Of a stretch of 17,044 nucleotides of DNA, positions 8,907-15,866 are shown piece after piece. Every line of letters starts with the position of its first letter. The first letter of the stretch is position 1. The stretch is from the NCBI GenBank assembly GCA_037137535.1, contig JBAXKC010000048.1:1-17044 (forward strand), read 5' to 3'. The translations under genes were made by a program, and so were the position numbers. Origin of the DNA: a bacterium (lineage in GTDB: Bacteria > Cyanobacteriota > Vampirovibrionia > Gastranaerophilales > JBAXKC01). The notes under the pieces are model-generated. The model did no database searches and was not told where the DNA came from. It saw nothing but the letters and a program-made list of their open reading frames with translations.

Positions 8907-8934
8907 ATACTAGAACATAATACTAATAATTCAA
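8907..8934 (-). promoter_or_regulatory. Possible promoter for the sigma factor gene
   Basis: Minus strand TTGAAT (8934-8929), 16 nt spacer, TAGTAT (8912-8907). A second candidate is TTCATT-17-TATAAT at 8986-8958. The AT-rich background weakens both. Confidence 0.3.
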
Positions 8935-9005
8935 TCTTATCATACTACATTATTTTCATTATAGACCAAAAGTTCTATAAAATGAAAAAGTAAAATTAAT
9001 TGTAA

Positions 9006-11966
9006 TTAAAGATCAATCACACTGTTAATCTTGATATAAGCTTTTTTTGTGTCTACTTTCGGCATTTTTGTGTAAGAGAAACTTTCTTTAATAGTTTTTA
9101 ACATTATTTGATCAACTTCCTCAGACCCACTTGATTGTCTTATTGCTGAATATTTTAAGTTTCCGTCAAGATCAAAAATCAGCATCACTTTTACTTTGTT
9201 ATTTGTTGCTTGCGTCTTTGCGGCTACCAATGACTTAGAAAGGGAAAATTTCAACATTTGTCCTGTAAGTAGTAAATAGCTTTTTAGTCTTTCATTTGAT
9301 CCCATTGATTGACCTATTTCCCACTTTACGTCATCAATTCTCACTTTTTCATATTTATTTTCAAGTGCTTTTGCTAATGCACTTGAGGTTTTAATTTGCT
9401 GATTTTGTTTTGACTTATTATTTACAGGCTGCATCTGCTGATTTAAAGTAGGATTGCCCATTCCTTGATGTGAAATAGGTTGTCCCATCATATTTGGAGC
9501 AGGTGGTGTTGAATTATTTGGTAGATTATGAGAAGGCGCAGCGGCCATATTGGGTGGCATTGAGTTATTTGGCATATTTGGAGGTGTATTATTCATGTTT
9601 GGTGGCATGTGATTTTCTGGGCTTGGTGGTATTGAATTATTTTGCATCATTGGTTGCGTTGCCGTCATGTTTGGTTGTATTGGTTGTTGCATATTACTTT
9701 CAGCTTGATTCTTAGTCATATTATTATAGAAATTAACTGCTGCAAAACCGCTTAAGGTTAGAATTCCTATTGTTGTTGCAGCTATTGCCAATGTTTTTGC
9801 AGGTGATCCTGTTTTATGCTGACTTGTTGAAGGAGTAGCAGTTGTATATTCTTCGTCAAGTACAAAATTAGGGTCATTTAGTTTTTCGTCTACTGCATGC
9901 ATAAAGTCATCATGGCTTTCATATTCGTCAATTGAGCCATACCCCTCAATCTCTCCATTGGAGCTAGTCGGCATCGCCATTTTGTCATCTGCGACTTCAT
10001 CGTGTAATCCGAAAGACTCAATTGTGTCAACTATTTCTATATCCTCTAATGCAGAGATCATATCATTAAGTTCATTATTTTCTTTACCTGTAACTTCATT
10101 TTTATCTTGTATGTTTTCAATGTCAGTTACTTTTTCAGTATCTAAATTAAGATCTTTTAAGCAAATTTCATCACAGCCGTTTAGTTCTACTACCTTAACA
10201 ACTTCTTTATCCAGCTCTATATCTCTTTCAATGGCATCTAATACTTCATTATTGTATTCATCTATGTATTGACCTGGTAGTTCATCCGATAAACTGTCGT
10301 TATAGTTTTTTGCCAATTCATCTATATCTTCTTCGGATAATTCTATATCGTTCAGTTCATCAATATTAATTTCATGTTCTTCAAAGTGGTTTTTTACTTC
10401 ATTGATATCACTTAGTTCTGCATGTTCTTTCATGTTGATACTGTTGTCATAGAACTTATCTTCGCTTAATTCTCCAAGTTCTTCTTGAGGTAAATTAAAG
10501 TCAGGTAATTCATCATGAGTAAGCTCATTATTTTCAAATCTGTTTTCTATTTCAGTTATTTCATCTTCTGAAAATTCCAGGTTATTAAGAGACTTTGTAC
10601 TGGCTTCGAGTTCATCAAATGTATCTATCCTTAAAAAGTTAGCATCGTTTTCTTCATTGATTTCTAATTGATCTGGTGAAGGTAAATTCATGTTGTCATT
10701 ATTTACTTCATTAAATTCAAGATTCAAACCTATATTACTTAATTCTTCATTAGTTATGTCTTTTGGGATATCAATTTCATCTAAAGAATTAGAATCGACT
10801 TCATGATATGTAAAATCCTCTACTTTTAAGAAATCATCATTGTATTCTTCGTTGAGTTCTAATTGATCTAATGAAGGTAAACTCATGTTGTCATCGTTTA
10901 CTTCATTAAATTTAAAATCAGATACTTCTGTAAACTCTGTGTTTTCGTTAATATCTTCAAGTTCAATTTTATTGTTTACGTCTGATAATTCAGGGTTTGT
11001 TTGAATAAGTTCGTTATAGTTGGTTAATTCTTCTTGAGGAGAATTAAGTTCTAATATAGTTTCTTCAACTATTTCGTTTATTTGTTTAAAATCAGAGTTA
11101 TCAAAAGTTGTTAATTCTTCGGTGGCTTCTACTAGTAGCGGTAAACTACTTTCTATATTTATCAGATTATCCACAGGAGGTAAAATCGCAACAGGAGGTA
11201 TGACAGGTGCTGCAATAAAAGTTAAGGCTTCATTGTTTTTTACTTCATCTATAATGTTAGTTGTAATTATTTTTAATAAGTTCTTATCTTTAAATTGTTT
11301 TAATTTTTTATCAAAACTATAGAAATCATTAAATTCACGTCTGCACTTAGGGCATTTTGCCATATGTCTAATAAGAAAATCTTTATCATTGGCGGAAATA
11401 GTGTTATCTATGTATGCTCCAAAAACAGATACAGCTCTTTCATGTTCGGACGGAATACTGAAATAAGTAGGTGTTTTTATTGTGTTTAAAGTGTCTTTAA
11501 GCTCTTCCATCTGGTGAAGCTTTGATTTATCTATAATAATATAGTTTTTATCGCCTCTGACGTTTAATGTTTCTGCTTTTGTTACAAAACCAAGAAATTC
11601 TATTTTAGAGATGGATTTATTTAATTTTGCGGCTATATAAACATCAGGACTAAACCCGAAGAAAATATGATTTCTTGGTATTAATAAAGAAGAACATTCT
11701 TCTCCTACCATTGTTCTAATATCAATTTTCTTTTCGTTAACAACAATGTCTGCAACATCATATTTGTCTAAAAATATCGGACAAGAAGAAAAAGATTCTG
11801 AATTGTTTGCATTTAATCCGTTATTCTTTGCATATTTAGAGAATGCATTAACTGAAATCATTGAAACGTAAGCACGTTTTCTGCTTTTTTCAGACTCAAG
11901 CTCTGAAATTAGTTGCTTTATTGTATTTTTATTTTGTTCATTGATTTCAATTATTGCGGCAGACAT
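9006..11966 (-). CDS. Putative trans-envelope anti-sigma factor: DUF1822-like domain, ZAS zinc finger, acidic linker, TM helix, Pro-rich linker, TonB/TolA C-terminal-like domain
   Basis: The ORF track starts at GTG 11978, but ATG 11966 has a GAGG SD upstream (986 aa). Numbering from 11978: DVADI...IDIR...IP...YIAAKL...EFLGFV (DUF1822-like). H179-x25-H205xxxC209xxC212 with preceding AYIDNTIS. TM LAIAATTIGILTLSGFAAV (aa ~730-750). C-terminal VKVMLIFDLDGNLKYSAIRQSSGSEEVDQ. Confidence 0.78.
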   Translation of the reverse strand: MSAAIIEINEQNKNTIKQLISELESEKSRKRAYVSMISVNAFSKYAKNNGLNANNSESFSSCPIFLDKYDVADIVVNEKKIDIRTMVGEECSSLLIPRNHIFFGFSPDVYIAAKLNKSISKIEFLGFVTKAETLNVRGDKNYIIIDKSKLHQMEELKDTLNTIKTPTYFSIPSEHERAVSVFGAYIDNTISANDKDFLIRHMAKCPKCRREFNDFYSFDKKLKQFKDKNLLKIITTNIIDEVKNNEALTFIAAPVIPPVAILPPVDNLINIESSLPLLVEATEELTTFDNSDFKQINEIVEETILELNSPQEELTNYNELIQTNPELSDVNNKIELEDINENTEFTEVSDFKFNEVNDDNMSLPSLDQLELNEEYNDDFLKVEDFTYHEVDSNSLDEIDIPKDITNEELSNIGLNLEFNEVNNDNMNLPSPDQLEINEENDANFLRIDTFDELEASTKSLNNLEFSEDEITEIENRFENNELTHDELPDFNLPQEELGELSEDKFYDNSINMKEHAELSDINEVKNHFEEHEINIDELNDIELSEEDIDELAKNYNDSLSDELPGQYIDEYNNEVLDAIERDIELDKEVVKVVELNGCDEICLKDLNLDTEKVTDIENIQDKNEVTGKENNELNDMISALEDIEIVDTIESFGLHDEVADDKMAMPTSSNGEIEGYGSIDEYESHDDFMHAVDEKLNDPNFVLDEEYTTATPSTSQHKTGSPAKTLAIAATTIGILTLSGFAAVNFYNNMTKNQAESNMQQPIQPNMTATQPMMQNNSIPPSPENHMPPNMNNTPPNMPNNSMPPNMAAAPSHNLPNNSTPPAPNMMGQPISHQGMGNPTLNQQMQPVNNKSKQNQQIKTSSALAKALENKYEKVRIDDVKWEIGQSMGSNERLKSYLLLTGQMLKFSLSKSLVAAKTQATNNKVKVMLIFDLDGNLKYSAIRQSSGSEEVDQIMLKTIKESFSYTKMPKVDTKKAYIKINSVIDL
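9480..9690 (-). repeat. Pro/Asn/Met-rich low-complexity repeats in the predicted periplasmic linker
   Basis: PPNM three times and NNSxPP three times within QNNSIPPSPENHMPPNMNNTPPNMPNNSMPPNMAAAPSHNLPNNSTPPAPNMM. Confidence 0.7.
10650..10912. repeat. Intragenic direct repeat, two 68-nt copies with a 195-nt (65-aa) period
   Basis: 10650-10717 versus 10845-10912, 7 mismatches in 68 nt by hand alignment. Encodes FNEVNNDNMNLPSPDQLEINEE and FNEVNDDNMSLPSLDQLELNEE. Confidence 0.88.
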
Positions 11967-12038
11967 TATTATCCTCACTTTTAAATAGTTATTAATCCTT
12001 CTATTATTATAGAGAACACATGACTAAAAATTATTCCA

Positions 12039-12063
12039 ATTTTGTGAAAAAATTTTACAAAAT
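12039..12063. promoter_or_regulatory. Imperfect palindrome (possible operator) in the divergent promoter region
   Basis: ATTTTGTGAAA-AAA-TTTTACAAAAT: 11-nt arms with one mismatch, between the divergent starts at 11966 and 12114. Confidence 0.3.
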
Positions 12064-12113
12064 ATATTAAATACATAATAATAAAGTATTGCTAAAAGAA
12101 TTGAAAAGCGGAT

Positions 12114-13916
12114 ATGAAAAGAGTTAAACAGTTATCAGAAAATCTTATAAATCAGATTGCAGCAGGTGAAGTAATTGAAAGACCTGCTTCGGTTGTAAAA
12201 GAATTAATAGAAAATTCAATTGACGCAGGGGCCTATAAAATTGAAATAGAAATATCGAATGAGTGTAGAAACATCAGAATTGCAGATAATGGTTCGGGGA
12301 TTCATAAAGATGATTTAAAGTTGGCCTTCTCAAGGCATGCTACCAGTAAAATATACTCTCAAGATGATTTATGGCGTATCTCTTCATTAGGGTTTCGTGG
12401 GGAAGCTCTTGCCAGTATAAGTTCAGTTGCAAAAGTCAGTTGTCTTTCGAGGACAGCCGATTCAGCAGTCGGTTATAAAGTTATTTGCGAAAATTCTAAT
12501 ATAGAAATATCTGAAACAGGTTGTTCAATTGGCACGATAATGGATATTAAAGACCTTTTTTATAATGTGCCGGCAAGAGTTAAATTTTTAAAAAAAGCAC
12601 AGACGGAATTTGCTTATATCGCTGAAACTATTGAATCTACAGCATTGGCCAATCCCCATGTTGCAATAACACTAATTTATAAAGGTAATACTGTAATAAA
12701 AACATCGGGTAACATTGATTTAAAAGAAACTATTTCTGAAATATTTTCAAAAGAGTTGTTAAATGAACTTTTTGAAGTTAATAAACTTGACGAGCCTTTT
12801 AAATATTATGTTAATGGATATGTCAGCACCCCTTCTTATACACGAGGAAATAGAAAAAGCTATTACGTTTTCATTAACGGAAGAAGCGTAAAATGTCAGT
12901 TTATCTCAAAATCTATTGATAATGCTTATAGAGATTTAATTCCATCGGGGAGATTTCCTTTTGTTGTGATTAATCTTTCTGTACCGCCAAATGAGATTGA
13001 TGTAAATGCTCACCCGACAAAAAAAGAAATAAGATATGCTAATACAAATCAAGTTTTCGGCTTTATTTATGCAGCAATAAAACAGGCTGTCGAAAGTGGA
13101 TTACGTGGAACTTCAAATAGATTGTTACCAACATCTGACGATACTTTTGAAACATTGGAAAAAACTGAGAATATAACCTTTGTAAAAACTTTTGAGCCTG
13201 ATTATTCTCAAAATAGTATAAGTTTTAATTTTGATTCTTTTAAGGAGAAAAATTCTTATCAAGTTGAAGAAGTTCAGGCTGCTGTTGATTTTTATAAACC
13301 TATAGCTGAAATAGTAAGTCCTAAAGAGTTTTATCAGTTTAAAGAAACAGAAATTATTGAAAAACCTAAGATAATAGGACAATTTCATAATACATATATT
13401 TTAATTGAAGAGTCTGACGGTTTTTCTATAATTGATCAGCATATTGCCCATGAACGGACAATTTACGAGCAGTTAAAACAAAAACGTCAGTTAGCCAGTC
13501 AATTAATAATTTCAACGCAGGAAATAGGTTTAAATTATTCTGATTTTTCTAAGCTACTGGATAATAAAAATTTACTTGCTGATTTTGGCATAGAATTTGA
13601 AGAAATTGGTAATAATAAAATAATTTTAAGAAAAATTCCTCAAATTTTATCTAATGAGCCTCACGATGAAATAATTTCTAGTATTTTAGAGGCTATGAGT
13701 CATGATATTCAATCGATTGAGAATGAAATATTAATTTCTATTTCTTGTAAAAGTGCGGTAAAGGCAAATGAAAAACTGCCTATTCCTCAAATGGAAAGAC
13801 TTATCCAAGATTGGCAAAATACTCCAAATAATCAGACTTGCCCTCATGGTAGAGTAATAAGCCATAAAATATCACTTAAAGAAGTAGCTGGGTATTTTGG
13901 TCGTTTTGAAAAATAA
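12114..13916 (+). CDS. mutL: DNA mismatch repair endonuclease MutL
   Basis: 600 aa. NQIAAGEVIERPASVVKELIENSIDAGA, DNGSGI, RHATSKI, GFRGEALASI and DVNAHPTKKEIR. Endonuclease motifs DQHIAHERTIYE, SCK, CPHGR and FGR. Confidence 0.98.
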   Translation: MKRVKQLSENLINQIAAGEVIERPASVVKELIENSIDAGAYKIEIEISNECRNIRIADNGSGIHKDDLKLAFSRHATSKIYSQDDLWRISSLGFRGEALASISSVAKVSCLSRTADSAVGYKVICENSNIEISETGCSIGTIMDIKDLFYNVPARVKFLKKAQTEFAYIAETIESTALANPHVAITLIYKGNTVIKTSGNIDLKETISEIFSKELLNELFEVNKLDEPFKYYVNGYVSTPSYTRGNRKSYYVFINGRSVKCQFISKSIDNAYRDLIPSGRFPFVVINLSVPPNEIDVNAHPTKKEIRYANTNQVFGFIYAAIKQAVESGLRGTSNRLLPTSDDTFETLEKTENITFVKTFEPDYSQNSISFNFDSFKEKNSYQVEEVQAAVDFYKPIAEIVSPKEFYQFKETEIIEKPKIIGQFHNTYILIEESDGFSIIDQHIAHERTIYEQLKQKRQLASQLIISTQEIGLNYSDFSKLLDNKNLLADFGIEFEEIGNNKIILRKIPQILSNEPHDEIISSILEAMSHDIQSIENEILISISCKSAVKANEKLPIPQMERLIQDWQNTPNNQTCPHGRVISHKISLKEVAGYFGRFEK

Positions 13917-13953
13917 AATTGCTTTATAAAAAGTTAGATAGACATTTGATTTA

Positions 13954-13982
13954 TTGAGTTTATTTATCTTTGTTTATATCAT
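13954..13982 (+). promoter_or_regulatory. Putative sigma70-type promoter for the beta-propeller gene and kdsB
   Basis: TTGAGT (13954-13959), 17 nt spacer, TATCAT (13977-13982), 38 nt before the ATG at 14021. Confidence 0.35.
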
Positions 13983-14020
13983 ATATATGTAGATATTTTT
14001 ATGTTGATTGAAGTTGTTTT

Positions 14021-15133
14021 ATGATCAAGCTTGCCTCTAAAATATTTTTAATAGCTTTATGTATTGTAGGCATAGGTTTTTCAGCTGATGCAAAACCTAA
14101 AAACAAGTCTAAGGCTAAAGAAATTATTTTGCCTGCTCAATATAGGTATAAGTCTATTAATTCTAACGGCATGCCTGCGGGTAAACTTTTCTGGAAGTAC
14201 AAACTTGAAGAGACTATAACTTCTGCTCCTGCCTTTTCGGAAGAAAAACTTTATGTTGCTGATAAAAGCGGTAGGATCTATTGTTTTAACGCTAAAAATG
14301 GTGAGTTGTTGTGGACTGATTCAATTGGTGAAAAACTATCAGATTCTTCTCCTGATATCAGTCAAAAAATATTATACATAGGCACAGAGTCAGGTAAACT
14401 TTGGCAATTAAACTTGCAAAACGATAAAAAATCTCATTATTATCAAGTGAAAGAAGCCATTAAATCATCACCAGAATCAATTAAAAACAAAGTTTATTTT
14501 ACTTCTACCGATAAAAAGATTTATGCGCTTAACACTCAGAATAATACATTAATTTGGTCTTATAAAACAGGAAATATTATTGAAGCTTCGCCCACTATAT
14601 ATCAAGATTATGCTTATGTGGGAAGTTATGACGGTAAATTATATGCTTTCAATGCTTATGAGGAAAAATGCTTGTGGACTTTTCAGACGGAAGCACCGAT
14701 TGTAGCTAAAGCAATATATTCAGACGGAAAAGTTTTTATAGGCTCTACTGATAAATACATTTATGCAATTGATGCTGAAAAAGGCACAATGAAGTGGAAA
14801 AAGAAACTTCTTGGTGTCGCTGCTTCAAGTCCTGCTTATTATAATAATATGGTTTTTATAGCTGATAGCAGAGGCATTGTCTATGCTGTCAATGCTGATA
14901 ACGGCTCGGCTGTCTGGCAATATAAAACAGACGGCTCAATCTTTCAATCGCCTGCTATAGCAAATGGTGTGCTTTATGTTCCATCAGGCGACGGATATTT
15001 ATATGCTTTTAATGTTCGTAATGGCAGTATAAACTGGAAATATAAGACTAATGACGTGCCATTTTCTCCTATTGTGAATAATGGAGTTGTTTATTTTGGA
15101 TCGGGGGACGGATATATATATGCGCTCAAATAA
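14021..15133 (+). CDS. Secreted PQQ-like (BamB-like) beta-propeller repeat protein
   Basis: 370 aa. Signal peptide probably ends ...FSADA|K. About eight ~40-aa repeats of the form W.(Y/F)KT...I.SSP.....(V/L)Y.GS.DG.LYA.NA..G. Confidence 0.88.
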   Translation: MIKLASKIFLIALCIVGIGFSADAKPKNKSKAKEIILPAQYRYKSINSNGMPAGKLFWKYKLEETITSAPAFSEEKLYVADKSGRIYCFNAKNGELLWTDSIGEKLSDSSPDISQKILYIGTESGKLWQLNLQNDKKSHYYQVKEAIKSSPESIKNKVYFTSTDKKIYALNTQNNTLIWSYKTGNIIEASPTIYQDYAYVGSYDGKLYAFNAYEEKCLWTFQTEAPIVAKAIYSDGKVFIGSTDKYIYAIDAEKGTMKWKKKLLGVAASSPAYYNNMVFIADSRGIVYAVNADNGSAVWQYKTDGSIFQSPAIANGVLYVPSGDGYLYAFNVRNGSINWKYKTNDVPFSPIVNNGVVYFGSGDGYIYALK

Positions 15134-15863
15134 AATTGTTGTTGTGATACCTGCCAGATACGCTTCTACTCGATTACCGGGGAAGCCATTGCTTGAAGTT
15201 GATAATAAACCTATTATTCAATGGGTTTATGAGAGAGCAAGCCGGTCAAAACTTGCAGGTAAGGTTATTGTCGCTACTGATGAATATAAAATATATAATG
15301 CAGTTAAAGCCTTTGGAGGTAATGTTGTCATGACTTCACCAACCCATAATAGCGGTAGTGATAGAATCTCTGAAGTTGTTCTGAAAGATGCCGAAATAGA
15401 AATTATTGTTAATGTTCAAGGTGATGAACCTTTAATTTCTCCTGAAAGTATTGATAAATCAATTGAAGTTTTATTGAAAAATGATCAAATTGATATATCA
15501 ACATTAATTAGAAAAATTAATGATAAAAACGAAGTGGAGAATCCTAATCTTGTAAAAGTTGTCTTTGATAGTCAAGGCAATGCTTTGTATTTTTCAAGAA
15601 GCCCTATTCCATACGCAAGAAATGAAGAGTATGCAGAATATTATGGACATATTGGGTTATATGCATATAAAAGAGAAAGTTTGCTCAAAATGGTCTCTCT
15701 TGATCAATCTTCCTATGAACTTTCAGAAAGTTTAGAGCAGTTAAGGGCTCTTCAAAACGGCATGAAAATAGGTGTAATCGAAGTCGACTACACCCCTATC
15801 GGTATTGATACCCCTGAAGACTTTGAGAAATTCAAAGAACTTCTTAAAAATAAATTGGTTTAA
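15120..15863 (+). CDS. kdsB: 3-deoxy-manno-octulosonate cytidylyltransferase (CMP-Kdo synthetase)
   Basis: IPARYASTRLPGKPL, VATD, SGSDR, VNVQGDEP, ALYFSRSPIP, HIGLYAY, ESLEQLRAL and GIDTPED. ATG 15120 (MRSNKIVVVIPAR) is preferred over 15081 because the family begins there and a G-rich SD precedes it. It overlaps the upstream gene by 14 nt. Confidence 0.96.
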   Translation: MRSNKIVVVIPARYASTRLPGKPLLEVDNKPIIQWVYERASRSKLAGKVIVATDEYKIYNAVKAFGGNVVMTSPTHNSGSDRISEVVLKDAEIEIIVNVQGDEPLISPESIDKSIEVLLKNDQIDISTLIRKINDKNEVENPNLVKVVFDSQGNALYFSRSPIPYARNEEYAEYYGHIGLYAYKRESLLKMVSLDQSSYELSESLEQLRALQNGMKIGVIEVDYTPIGIDTPEDFEKFKELLKNKLV

Positions 15864-15866
15864 AAA

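Noticed and set aside
8953-8988. Imperfect hairpin after the anti-sigma gene as a terminator
   Set aside because: AT-rich bulged stem, 10-nt loop and no clear U-tract on the coding strand; too weak to call.
10650-10912. Direct repeat as a CRISPR array or mobile-element end
   Set aside because: Only two copies, in frame within a CDS with a period divisible by three; no cas or transposase genes nearby.
6716-11322. ORFs 6716-6988(-), 7564-7881(+), 9494-9715(+), 9958-10272(+), 11122-11322(+)
   Set aside because: Fully nested in longer genes, mostly over low-complexity coding sequence, with no independent evidence.
13432-13470. MutL motif DQHIAHE instead of DQHAAHE
   Set aside because: The metal-binding D, H and E residues are retained, and I recall the Ile variant from cyanobacterial MutL; not evidence of inactivation.
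15081-15119. N-terminal extension of kdsB given by the ORF track
   Set aside because: It overlaps the upstream gene by 53 nt and precedes the family's conserved start; ATG 15120 fits better.
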